Shown here: one piece after another, positions 1 to 8,153 of the stretch
Layout: every line of letters starts with the position of its first letter
Numbering within the stretch: the first letter of the stretch is position 1
NCBI GenBank assembly: GCA_964342365.1
Contig: CAYFGW010000055.1
Location: forward strand, 1 to 22,005
Reading direction: 5' to 3'
DNA: 22,005 nucleotides
From: an uncultured Candidatus Sericytochromatia bacterium
GTDB lineage: Bacteria > Cyanobacteriota > Sericytochromatia > UBA7694
Program-made: the position numbers and the translations under genes
Notes under the pieces: generated by a model
The model's input: the letters and a program-made list of their open reading frames with translations, nothing else
Told to the model about the DNA's origin: nothing
Database searches by the model: none

Positions 1-584
1 CCGTATCCCTCGCCGTACATCTGGTAGCGTAGGATGTCAGCGATGGGAGCTTGATGGTCACACGCACTTTCACATACGCTCGCGCACCCTCGGCAGTAGA
101 GGTGGTCCGTCGCCCGAGCGTAGCGTTCAAGCAGGTCCCACTCCGCCCGCGACATTCGACGCTCTTTCGCCGCCGCCGCGTTCTCCTCAATCTGCTCGAA
201 GTTGCTCATCTGCGACACGATCGTTGAGATGCGCTCGTCCGCCCACGTCGCTTTCAGGGAGACGACGTGGCGCGAGAGTCCTTCCCTCTCGAACTCCTCA
301 TACCGCGGAACAGCACCAGCTCCCGTCTTCATGGCCACAAGGCCGACACCGGCCTCGACGCATTTGTCCATCCCAGCGTTGAGGGCATCGCTGTCATAGT
401 CGCGGAAGTTGTATTTGAGCATCAGGACGTCGACGAAGCCGCACGCCGCGGCGCGCTCGAGCGTCGGGATGAGGCCGCCGCCGTGGGACGAGAGCCCGAA
501 GTAGCGGACCTTCCTCGTCTTCTTGAGCGCTTCCGCAGCCGCCTGGCCCGCACCCGCAGTGAGTTTGCCGCCAGTATTGAACGT
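1..584 (-). CDS. Aldo/keto reductase family protein, C-terminal ~190 codons only. The ORF runs off the window at position 1. The N-terminal half is absent, cut off at a composition junction.
   Basis: The minus-strand frame with codons at 3k..3k+2 is open from 584 down to 1; the in-frame stop is 'cta' at 585-587. Its translation contains AKR-type motifs: ...AAAEALKKTRKVRYFGLSSHGGG..DVLMLKYNF...EAGVGLVAMKTGAG..., compare the GKIRYIGVSN and V(Q)xYNl AKR blocks. The C-terminal tail is Cys-rich (CRGCASVCESACDH). The region is far GC-richer than the rest of the window. The six-frame track misses this ORF because it lacks an in-window start. Confidence 0.6.
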
Positions 585-1466
585 CTAACCCGCGGTCGCA
601 CCAAGGTGGATGAAGACATGCTTGAAGAGCTGGAAGAAATTCTGCTTCAGAGCGATGTGGGCTTAGACACCACCGACGACATTCTGGACTATCTGCGTGA
701 GAAGGCCAAATCAGAGCGCTTTTTGCCCGAAGAGGTACTGCCTGCGCTTACAGAATACCTGGAAGATACTCTGGAAAGTGAACCTTTTCGCATTGAAGAA
801 GGCAAGCTAAATATTTTCCTGGTGGTGGGCGTGAACGGCACGGGAAAAACCACCACCGTGGGCAAAATTGCTGCCAAACTTAAGCTCAGTGGCTACCGCG
901 TGATGCTGGCCGCTGGCGACACCTTCCGTGCTGCTGCCATTGATCAGCTCGCAGTGTGGGGCACGCGGGCCAATTGTCCTGTGATCAGTCACCACGAGGG
1001 GGCGGACGCCGCTGCGGTGGTGTACGATTCCATTCAGTCGGCCCGGGCCAAAAAAATGGATGCCTTGCTCATTGATACCGCTGGCCGTTTGCACAACAAA
1101 GAGCACTTGATGGAAGAACTGGAAAAAGTGCATCGCATTGTGGAGCGAGAAAAGCAGGACGATCGCCTGGAGCGTATTCTGGTACTGGACGCCACCACAG
1201 GGCAAAACGGTCTCAAACAGGCGGAAGTGTTCTCAAAAGCCGTGCCGCTGGATAGCCTGATTCTTACCAAATTAGATGGTACCGCCAAGGGCGGCGTCAT
1301 TTTCGCCATTAAAAAACAGCTCAATATTCCCATTAAGCTGCTGGGTGTGGGCGAAGCCCTGGGAGATTTACAGGAGTTTGAGCCCAAGGCTTTTGTAGAA
1401 GCTCTCTTTGCACAGGATGATGTGCTGGAAGCCGCCGAGCGAAAAGCCGCTGAAGAAGCTGCCTAG
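523..1466 (+). CDS. ftsY: Signal recognition particle receptor FtsY (N and G domains). The 5' end and start codon are undetermined: the homology runs into the GC-rich junction, and the only in-frame Met in native-composition DNA is near 616.
   Basis: The translation shows the N-domain helix (RLARTRSEF..LTRGRTKVDEDMLEELEEILLQSDVGLDTT) and all G-domain motifs: P-loop GVNGTGKTTTVGKIA, DTFRAAA, DTAGR, TKLDGTAKGG, ending ...FVEALF. The track ORF start at 267 lies inside the antisense of the AKR fragment and is an artifact. The stop is TAG at 1464-1466. Confidence 0.85.
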
Positions 1467-2704
1467 TGAGTACCTGGCTACAGTGGACCGTGCCTCCCGT
1501 GGTGGGGGCCATTGTGGGTTACTTTACCAACGACCTGGCGGTGCGGATGCTCTTTCACCCGCTGGAAGCCAAGTACATTGGTAAAGTCAAGGTACCGCTA
1601 ACCCCGGGCCTGGTACCCGCTGAAAAAGAGCGGCTCGCGGACAAAGTGTCTCATCTGATTGTGGACACCTTTTTGACCCCGGAAGATTTTCAGGGACTCG
1701 TGGAGCGTTTGCTCACCGCTGAGCGAGTACAGACGGCCACGGATATTTCTGTGGAAGTGATTTTGACCGAACTCAAGCAAAAAGACAAGGTGCAAACCCT
1801 GGCCGACGATTTCGCAGAAGCCCTGTCCGATCTCGTGCAGCGTTCGGTGCCCGCCCTGACAGAACACCTGGCGGAAAAAAGCCTCACCCCCGAGCGGATT
1901 CAGTACGTGTTGGATCAGGTGATGGACAGCGTGATTCAAAACTTTCAGCTTACACCGTCCATGGCGGTATTTGTCACCGAGCATATTATGGAGCTGGTGA
2001 TTACCCCTGACCATTTGCGCCAGAGTCTGGTGAGTTTGCTAACTCCCTCAAATATTGCGGCCATCGACGAAATGGCCAAAGAACGGCTCACGGGCAAGTA
2101 CGGTGTTTTGCTCTTCTTTTTAAATCTGCAAGACGTGCTCACCAAAATGCGCCTCTTTTTAGATGCTGAGCCGGAACAATCCAATGCACTCATTGACGAA
2201 ATTCTGGAATTGATGCGTTTAGAAGATGCCATTCAGCGGGCCATTTTGCGCTTTAATCCCCGGGAAATGTCCTGGGAACGCATTGCGGATTTCAAAGGCT
2301 CTCTGGTGAGCTGGATGCACAATTATCTGAGCAATAACTATGAGGTGATTGTGCCCCCGCTGGTGGCCAAAATGGATATTCCTGCCCTGATGCAGGCCAT
2401 GATTCGTCGTTTTGAACCGGATAACATTCCACCGCGCGTGATTGTCAAAATCAAGCAGGAAACCGCCAGGTTTTTGCAGCACTACTTAGAAAACAACCTC
2501 CACCGTCTCGTGAAAGAAGCGCTGGCCATGGCGGATTTACAGAGTTTGATTGGTAATAAAATTCGCGCCTTTTCTCCGGCCCGTATGGAAGAAATTATTC
2601 TGGAAGTCTCTAAAAAAGAGCTGAATATGATCGTGTGGTTCGGGGCGGTGCTGGGCTTTTTGATTGGCTGTCTTCAGGCAGGGATTTTGACCTTCGTCAA
2701 TTAA
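1466..2704 (+). CDS. DUF445-family inner-membrane protein. It has a hydrophobic N-terminus with a GYxTNdLAvrMLFhP motif and a C-terminal transmembrane helix.
   Basis: A 412-aa ORF. Its GTG start overlaps the ftsY stop by one base (taGtg), which suggests translational coupling. The N-terminus MSTWLQWTVPPVVGAIVGYFTNDLAVRMLFHP matches my recollection of the DUF445 signature, and the C-terminus is hydrophobic (IVWFGAVLGFLIGCLQAGIL). Confidence 0.7.
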   Translation: MSTWLQWTVPPVVGAIVGYFTNDLAVRMLFHPLEAKYIGKVKVPLTPGLVPAEKERLADKVSHLIVDTFLTPEDFQGLVERLLTAERVQTATDISVEVILTELKQKDKVQTLADDFAEALSDLVQRSVPALTEHLAEKSLTPERIQYVLDQVMDSVIQNFQLTPSMAVFVTEHIMELVITPDHLRQSLVSLLTPSNIAAIDEMAKERLTGKYGVLLFFLNLQDVLTKMRLFLDAEPEQSNALIDEILELMRLEDAIQRAILRFNPREMSWERIADFKGSLVSWMHNYLSNNYEVIVPPLVAKMDIPALMQAMIRRFEPDNIPPRVIVKIKQETARFLQHYLENNLHRLVKEALAMADLQSLIGNKIRAFSPARMEEIILEVSKKELNMIVWFGAVLGFLIGCLQAGILTFVN

Positions 2705-2732
2705 TCTGCTACTTTAAAAAAGAGGTCTTATC

Positions 2733-3134
2733 ATGCAAAAAGAGCGCCTGATTGCCGCCGCTGACGCCGTGCGGGGCGAATTTAGTTTCCCCGGAAAGCG
2801 CGGATTTACGGCAGCCAGTGTTTCAGCGGCCCTGATTACTCGCAAAGGCAGTTTGTACACCGGAATTTGTATTGATGTGGCCTGTGGCATGGGGTTTTGC
2901 GCAGAACACAGTGCCATTGCGGACATGCTCAAGCACCGGGAAACCCATGTGTTAGAAATTGTCGCTCTCAATAAGCACGGTATTATTCCTCCCTGCGGAC
3001 GCTGTCGGGAGTTTTTGTATCAGGTGAATCCTGCCAATATTGATACCCGTGTTTACTTACCTCAGGATAACGTGGCCACCCTGGATGAGCTGCTGCCGGT
3101 ACACTGGCTTAAATTTAAAGGCGGTGTACCGTGA
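2733..3134 (+). CDS. cdd: Cytidine deaminase (small homotetrameric Zn enzyme)
   Basis: The zinc and catalytic motifs CAEHSAI and PCGRCRE are present (compare CAERSAL / PCGACRQ in B. subtilis Cdd). It is 133 aa, and a GAGG-like SD sits about 10 nt upstream of the ATG. Confidence 0.85.
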   Translation: MQKERLIAAADAVRGEFSFPGKRGFTAASVSAALITRKGSLYTGICIDVACGMGFCAEHSAIADMLKHRETHVLEIVALNKHGIIPPCGRCREFLYQVNPANIDTRVYLPQDNVATLDELLPVHWLKFKGGVP

Positions 3135-3592
3135 AATATATTCTACTGACCCTATGCTTACTGGCAGGATGTAGCAGCGTTCAGGTACCCATTGAAGAAG
3201 ATTTTTCACAGCGCAGAGCGGCCATGGGTGTGGCCGAACAGCATTTAGAAGCCTTGCTGCAAAAAGATATCCAAAAGGCTGTTCGCCACGTGGATTTTCC
3301 CCTGTGGATAGACGGAAAAATGTGGGAACGTGAGTCGTTTATCGCACTGATGGAGCGAGAAATCAGAGCCAAAAAGGTAGACGTTTCCTATATGCTGTTT
3401 TTGACTGCCCGTGACTTTACGGGGCTGGGGTCTGAAGACATGGTGGTTAATCTCAAAGAAAAGGGCGTAGAAAATCCTTATTTTATGCTGGTACGTCTGG
3501 AAAAAGAAAAACCGCTGGTGCTGATGATTATGGTCCACAAAGACGGACAGTGGCGTGTAAAAGGCATCAGCAATAACCGGGCAGAGTTGTAA
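3131..3592 (+). CDS. Lipoprotein of unknown function (paralog A of a tandem pair)
   Basis: The GTG start overlaps the cdd stop (GTGA). The signal peptide has a lipobox, MKYILLTLCLLAG|CSS. The mature part is a paralog of the next gene (PIEEDFSQRRAA...DFPLWIDGKMW...DGQWRVKGI). Confidence 0.7.
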   Translation: MKYILLTLCLLAGCSSVQVPIEEDFSQRRAAMGVAEQHLEALLQKDIQKAVRHVDFPLWIDGKMWERESFIALMEREIRAKKVDVSYMLFLTARDFTGLGSEDMVVNLKEKGVENPYFMLVRLEKEKPLVLMIMVHKDGQWRVKGISNNRAEL

Positions 3593-3607
3593 AACGCCAA
3601 AAGTGTC

Positions 3608-3633
3608 CTATACTGATAACATCATCAGTACAG
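3608..3633. promoter_or_regulatory. Inverted repeat cTATACTGAT-aacatc-ATCAGTAcAG (7 bp perfect arms with a 6 bp spacer, or 10 bp arms with one mismatch) between the two lipoprotein paralogs, about 15 bp upstream of the paralog B ribosome-binding site. It is a candidate operator for a dimeric regulator or a small RNA hairpin.
   Basis: Read directly from the sequence: TACTGAT at 3611-3617 and ATCAGTA at 3624-3630. Confidence 0.3.
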
Positions 3634-3643
3634 GAAATAAATT

Positions 3644-4132
3644 ATGTTTAAACCTTTTCTCTTAACGCTTACCACCCTGCTCTGCTTGAGCAGCTGTATG
3701 CCTGAAAGACTTCCCATTGACGAAGACCCTAACCAGCGTCAGGCTGCCGTAAAAGCCGCCAGAGCGTATATGAATGCCTTACAAACCCAGGACTTTGACA
3801 CCGCCGTGGCCATGTCAGGTTACCCTTTCTGGTTAGACCGTACCATCATGCCCAGCGCAGATCTGCTTGAAAAAGAATACCGGCGAGAATTAGATGGCGA
3901 TAACGAACTGGGGCGCTGGAAGCTCTTGCGGGCCCGGTTTTATAGCCGTGAAGATATGGAAATATTTGCCGAGCGACTGGTCAAACGTTTGTCCGATAAA
4001 AATATTCCCACTGAGCATTTTGTAGTGCTTCAGTACGAGGATCAGCGGGGAGACCGCAAGCGCAGCGAAAATATTTTGCTGATGATGGCTTTTGAAGAAG
4101 GGCAGTGGCGGGTTTACGGGTTGGAAGATTAA
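3644..4132 (+). CDS. Lipoprotein of unknown function (paralog B)
   Basis: The signal peptide has a lipobox, MFKPFLLTLTTLLCLSS|CM. The mature region aligns with paralog A (PIDEDPNQRQAAVKAARAYMNALQTQDFDTAV...YPFWLDRTIM...EGQWRVYGL). An AGGAAA SD lies upstream. Confidence 0.7.
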   Translation: MFKPFLLTLTTLLCLSSCMPERLPIDEDPNQRQAAVKAARAYMNALQTQDFDTAVAMSGYPFWLDRTIMPSADLLEKEYRRELDGDNELGRWKLLRARFYSREDMEIFAERLVKRLSDKNIPTEHFVVLQYEDQRGDRKRSENILLMMAFEEGQWRVYGLED

Positions 4133-4139
4133 AAGGGTC

Positions 4140-4240
4140 GAAATAGGGCATACCCGTCAGGGGGCGTTCCGGCCTTCAGCCTTCAAGACCCCTTCTGGGC
4201 ATACCCTATTTCTCTGGCTTCTTTTTGTGCTGTTTTTGGT
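4140..4240 (+). terminator. A 73-nt imperfect palindromic element (GAAATAGGG...CCCTATTTC outer arms enclosing direct GGGCATACCC repeats and a GC-rich core) followed by a T-rich tract. It is a probable rho-independent terminator for the lipoprotein genes, or a REP/MITE-like intergenic element.
   Basis: It starts 8 bp after the paralog B stop. The 9-bp arms at 4140-4148 and 4204-4212 are perfectly complementary, inner pairing is partial, and tctctggcttctttttgtgctgtttttgg follows. Confidence 0.4.
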
Positions 4241-4327
4241 TGGTGGGTGTATGTGAGAGGTTCGCCCTGAGAAAGATACTGAAAAACATTGGCGAGTGCG
4301 TGGCATAGAGCATTAGAAGGAGTGACC

Positions 4328-4618
4328 ATGAGTTTTCAAAACCAGCTTCTGGCGCTTATTACTGATTTTTTGAAGTACATAATCTCTGCTGCTGTATTTA
4401 GTGACGAGTTTATCGCGCTGTATAAGCGAGACGAAGAGTTTGTAGAGGAGCCTTATGGCCGTTTCTTTTCCGCTGTTTTTGCGGCCTGTGATGCTTATTG
4501 CGAAGATCAAAACCTCAGAGATGAATATGACCTTGATGAACAACAATTATTTGTGCGTGTTCGAGAACTCTACGAAGGATTCTCAGCTCGTAGACAATCA
4601 GGCCGCTCCGAAAGCTGA
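4328..4618 (+). CDS. Small acidic protein whose residue pattern is reminiscent of the colicin D immunity (ImmD / Colicin_immun) family. It is probably a nuclease-toxin immunity protein, possibly an orphan.
   Basis: A strong AAGGAG SD sits 6 nt before the ATG at 4328, so the upstream Met at 4289 is unlikely to be the start. The 96-aa sequence has the pattern ...AVFSDEFIALYKRD...FFSAVFAACDAYCEDQNLRDEYDLDEQQLFVRVRELYEGF, which from memory resembles ImmD (..AIEFSERICVERRRLYG...[35 protein letters not shown]). The family assignment rests on recollection, not a search. Confidence 0.55.
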   Translation: MSFQNQLLALITDFLKYIISAAVFSDEFIALYKRDEEFVEEPYGRFFSAVFAACDAYCEDQNLRDEYDLDEQQLFVRVRELYEGFSARRQSGRSES

Positions 4619-5173
4619 CAGCAGTTTTCCTCTGACGCCGGTGGACTCTACCAGTTCGGCACCCACACTGGCACCGTAGACGCCGCCAATCATGCTAACG
4701 ATGCCGCCGAATGCGCCGGTGGCTCCAAAGGCTTTCATGGCTACAGCGGTGACGCTACTGCCAGCGTAAGAGCCCAGGCCTGCGCCCGCTCCGCGCATGG
4801 CGTCAGACAAAAGGTTGGCTCCGGCTCCGGCGGCGGTCTGGTTGCCACTGGCCAGGGCTGCCCCCTGTTTGAACAGGGACAGACCGGTAAATACGGCGGC
4901 GGTGACGCCTACGGTTTTACCCACGGCTTTGACGTGAGGTTGATTGAGTACGTCTTTGATCCCGTTGGTGGCAGGGCCTTCTCCAAGAATAAGTTTAATG
5001 GGCGTTTGACTGAGTACACCTGCGGTGACACCCCGGGTAAACCAGCCGTCGGCGTGGTCGTTGTAGGGATTGGGTTCGGGAGTAGTGGGATCTGTGGGGG
5101 CTTCATAAGCGGAAGGAGATTGCCCGGATAAACCGATCATATTGCCGGGATTGAAAACAGATGTAATTTGCAT
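4598..5173 (-). CDS. Gly/Ala-rich protein with repeated GxxxG (glycine-zipper) motifs and no signal peptide. It is a putative membrane-inserting bacteriocin or toxin-like protein.
   Basis: A 191-aa ORF. A GAAGG SD lies about 8 nt upstream in an AT-rich leader. The C-terminal two-thirds reads ...GAGAGLGSYAGSSVTAVAMKAFGATGAFGGIVSMIGGVYGASVGAEL..., typical of glycine-zipper membrane peptides such as class II microcins and CdzC-like proteins. The last 21 nt overlap the convergent 4328..4618 gene. Confidence 0.55.
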   Translation of the reverse strand: MQITSVFNPGNMIGLSGQSPSAYEAPTDPTTPEPNPYNDHADGWFTRGVTAGVLSQTPIKLILGEGPATNGIKDVLNQPHVKAVGKTVGVTAAVFTGLSLFKQGAALASGNQTAAGAGANLLSDAMRGAGAGLGSYAGSSVTAVAMKAFGATGAFGGIVSMIGGVYGASVGAELVESTGVRGKLLSAFGAA

Positions 5174-5287
5174 GGAACGACCTTCTTTTTTAAACTCAAT
5201 ACACTGTTTTACTTATGGTGGTGTGGCGTGTGTGTCTTTCTTAAATTAACTATTTATTACTCGTAAAATAACCTTGTCTTAAATAAA

Positions 5288-5323
5288 GAAAAGTCCCCTG
5301 ACGTTAAATCAGGGGACTTTTTA
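5288..5323 (-). terminator. Rho-independent terminator downstream of nrdJ (bidirectional hairpin)
   Basis: There is a perfect 11-bp stem, AAGTCCCCTGA (5291-5301) and TCAGGGGACTT (5309-5319), with a 7-nt loop. T/A-rich runs flank it on both sides, tttctttattt on the minus strand and ttttt on the plus strand. It lies 35-70 bp past the nrdJ stop. Confidence 0.8.
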
Positions 5324-5357
5324 GTATGATTTAGCCTTCTAGAGTTTCAGAAAAACC

Positions 5358-8150
5358 TTAGGAGCAACCGCTGGTGGCACCACAGTTCAGACATTTATAG
5401 CAAGAACCGTTACGCACCATGGAGGCTGAACCACAACCCATACAGGGAGGCGCATCCTGGCTGTTTACAAAGGACATTCCTTTTTGCTCCGACTCCACAA
5501 TGGCTTTTTCACCATTAGACATCGGTTTTTCCGCAGGTGCAGCTTTGGCCGTAGGCGCAGCTTTTGCCACGGGGGCATCAGACTTCTCAGTGGCTGCCAC
5601 CGCAGTATGAACCGCCTGTGCTTCTTCTGTGGACAGGAAGCGCAGGGCCAGCCAGCGGAAGATATAGTCCATGATGGACTTGGCAAAGGGAATCTCTTTG
5701 TTGCCCGTGTAGCCAGAGGGCTCAAAGCGGGTGTGAGACAGTTTGTCCACCAGTACCTGTAAAGGTACGCCGTACTGTAAAGCCAGCGATACAGAGGTGG
5801 CAAAGGCGTCCATCAGTCCAGAAATCACGCTGCCTTCTTTGGCCATAGTAATAAAGATTTCACCCGGAGATCCGTCTTCGTAGGTTCCCACGGTCACATA
5901 ACCTTTGTGTCCGGCAATGCTGAAGCGATGGGTCAGGGCCTGACGCTCATTGGGTAAGCGACGACGGCGGGGGCCCACGGCCTTTTCTTCTTTGGGCGTG
6001 TCTTTGGCCTTACCGGTGTTGAGGGGCTGGGTGCGTTTGCTGCCGTCTCTGTAAATGGCCACAGCTTTAACACCCAGTTTCCAGGCTTCTACATAGGCGT
6101 CAAAAATATCGTCCACGTTCACGTCGGTGGGCATATTCACGGTTTTTGAAATAGCGCCGCTAATAAAGGGCTGAACGGCTCCCATCATGCGGATATGACC
6201 CATATAGTGAATGGAACGACTGCCTTTGAGGGCTTTAAAGGCACAGTCAAAGACGGGCAGGTGCTCTTTTTTGAGTTCAGCGGCGCCTTCTACGGTGTCG
6301 TTCTCGTCGAGATAGGCCAGAATATTGCTGGACTCCTCGGGGGTGTACCCCAGGTTTTTGAGGGCCAGGGGAATGGTCTGGTTCACAATTTTCATGGAAC
6401 CGCCGCCCACCAGGCGCTTGTACTTGATCAGGGCAATATCGGGTTCCACACCGGTGGTGTCACAATCCATTAAGAAAGCAATGGTGCCGGTAGGAGCCAG
6501 TACGGAGACCTGTGCGTTGCGGTAGCCATACTTTTCACCCAGGGCCAGAGCTTGATCCCAGGATTTTTGCGCAGCGACTTTGATGTTGTCGTGGCGCAGA
6601 CCGTCGTTCACGTCTTTGACCGCCGCACGGTGCATTTGAATCACCTTGAGCATGTGGTCTTTGTTGGGCGCGTAGCCTTCAAAAGAACCTACCACCGACG
6701 CAATTTCAGAGGACACTTTGTACGCTTCGCCCGTCATGAGGGCCGTAATGGCTGCGGCATAATCTCTGCCGGTGTCACTGTCATAAGGCAGTCCCTGCGC
6801 CATGAGAATCGCGCCCAGGTTACCGTAACCTAATCCTAAGGTGCGGTAGCGGTGGCTGTTGGCTTCAATAGAGGCTGTGGGGTAGCTGGCCATATCCACC
6901 ACAATTTCCTGAGCCGTAATCAGCACGCGCACGGTGTGCTTAAAGGCTTCTACATCAAAGACACCGTCGTTGTAATACTTCATCAGGTTAATGGACGCCA
7001 GGTTGCAGGCGGTGTCATCGAGGAACATATACTCAGAGCAGGGGTTAGAACCGTTGATACGGCCTGAAGCCTTGGAAGTGTGCCAGCGATTGATGGTGCT
7101 GTCATACTGCATGCCGGGGTCACCACAAATCCAGGTGCCTTCACACATCCGCATGAGCAGTTCGCGGGCCTTATGGGTTTCTACAATAGAGCCATCGGTG
7201 ACCGCGCGGGTATGCCAGTCTTCATCGTTGATGGCAGCCTGCATAAATTCATCGGTGACCCGCACGGAGTGGTTGGCGTTTTGAAAGTGCACGGAATCAT
7301 AAGCGCCGCCGGGCACGTTGAAGCCACCGTCATAACCGGCGTCAATCAGGGACCATGCTTTTTTCTCTTCGCTGGACTTGGAATCCACAAATTCCACAAT
7401 ATCCGGGTGATCTACGTTTAAGATGACCATTTTGGCCGCACGACGGGTTTTGCCGCCGGATTTGATCACGCCCGCAAAAGCGTCGTAGCCGCGCATAAAG
7501 GAAACGGGGCCGGAGGCCTCGCCACCGCCGGAGAGACGTTCTTTAGAGGAACGAATGGTGGAGAAGTTGGTACCGGTGCCGGATCCCCACTTAAAGAGCA
7601 TGCCTTCGGTTTTGGCCAGGGTCAGAATAGAACTCATATCGTCTTCAACGGAGTTAATAAAACAGGCGGAACACTGAGGCCTGGGCTCAATGCCTACGTT
7701 GAACCACACGGGACTGTTAAAGGCCGCACGCTGATTCACCAGAATAGAGGTCAATTCTTTATGGAACGTGTGACCGGCTTCTAAGCTTTTGAAGTAGCCC
7801 TGTTCCAGGCCCCAGCGAGCCATGGTGTCTGCCACACGGCCAATGAGCTGTTTGACGCTGTGTTCCCGATCAGGAGAGTCCATCTGGCCCGAAAAATACT
7901 TGGAAACCACCACGTTGGTGGCCTGTTGTGACCACGACCGGGGTACTTCTACATTTTTTTGCTCAAAAATGGTTTCGCCTTTTTCGTTGGTGATGGCAGC
8001 GGTGCGCTGTTCCCACTCTAATTCTTCAAAAGGATGTACGCCTTCCGTGGAATAGTAAGACAAAAAATCCATGCCGTTGTCGCTATAGACAAAGGGTTTT
8101 TCGTGTTCAGCCAGGGTTCCTGGGGGATGTTTAACTTGCGTATTAGACAT
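5358..8150 (-). CDS. nrdJ: Class II (adenosylcobalamin-dependent) ribonucleotide reductase NrdJ with a C-terminal Cys-rich Zn-ribbon
   Basis: About 930 aa with extensive RNR class II signatures (N-terminal ...FVYSDNGMDFLSYYSTEGVHPFEELEWE..., NPCSEY, C-terminal CMGCGS...CYKCLNCG). The ATG at 8150 is preceded by a GGAG SD. The track's extra first codon, TTG at 8153, is less likely to be the start. Confidence 0.95.
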   Translation of the reverse strand: MSNTQVKHPPGTLAEHEKPFVYSDNGMDFLSYYSTEGVHPFEELEWEQRTAAITNEKGETIFEQKNVEVPRSWSQQATNVVVSKYFSGQMDSPDREHSVKQLIGRVADTMARWGLEQGYFKSLEAGHTFHKELTSILVNQRAAFNSPVWFNVGIEPRPQCSACFINSVEDDMSSILTLAKTEGMLFKWGSGTGTNFSTIRSSKERLSGGGEASGPVSFMRGYDAFAGVIKSGGKTRRAAKMVILNVDHPDIVEFVDSKSSEEKKAWSLIDAGYDGGFNVPGGAYDSVHFQNANHSVRVTDEFMQAAINDEDWHTRAVTDGSIVETHKARELLMRMCEGTWICGDPGMQYDSTINRWHTSKASGRINGSNPCSEYMFLDDTACNLASINLMKYYNDGVFDVEAFKHTVRVLITAQEIVVDMASYPTASIEANSHRYRTLGLGYGNLGAILMAQGLPYDSDTGRDYAAAITALMTGEAYKVSSEIASVVGSFEGYAPNKDHMLKVIQMHRAAVKDVNDGLRHDNIKVAAQKSWDQALALGEKYGYRNAQVSVLAPTGTIAFLMDCDTTGVEPDIALIKYKRLVGGGSMKIVNQTIPLALKNLGYTPEESSNILAYLDENDTVEGAAELKKEHLPVFDCAFKALKGSRSIHYMGHIRMMGAVQPFISGAISKTVNMPTDVNVDDIFDAYVEAWKLGVKAVAIYRDGSKRTQPLNTGKAKDTPKEEKAVGPRRRRLPNERQALTHRFSIAGHKGYVTVGTYEDGSPGEIFITMAKEGSVISGLMDAFATSVSLALQYGVPLQVLVDKLSHTRFEPSGYTGNKEIPFAKSIMDYIFRWLALRFLSTEEAQAVHTAVAATEKSDAPVAKAAPTAKAAPAEKPMSNGEKAIVESEQKGMSFVNSQDAPPCMGCGSASMVRNGSCYKCLNCGATSGCS

Positions 8151-8153
8151 CAA

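Noticed and set aside
267-1466. The 399-aa ORF from the six-frame track, as the ftsY coding sequence
   Set aside because: Its first ~85 codons are the open antisense frame of the GC-rich AKR fragment. Real FtsY homology starts near 520-580, so the 267 start is an artifact of stop-poor GC-rich DNA.
1034-2482. Minus-strand ORFs of 87-138 aa inside ftsY and the DUF445 gene (807, 1034, 1598, 1690, 1945, 2219)
   Set aside because: They lie antisense within confident coding sequences and have no motifs or ribosome-binding sites.
4140-4212. Possible tRNA gene, suggested by the 73-nt length and a 7-bp acceptor-like stem
   Set aside because: No D-arm or T-arm pairing can be drawn, and there is no GTTC-type T-loop, so it is not a tRNA.
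5419-8055. Numerous plus-strand ORFs of 60-113 aa inside nrdJ (5419, 5484, 6195, 6325, 6552, 6852, 6991, 7080, 7822)
   Set aside because: All lie antisense or out of frame within a strongly supported 930-aa NrdJ coding sequence, and they have no SD or recognisable motifs.
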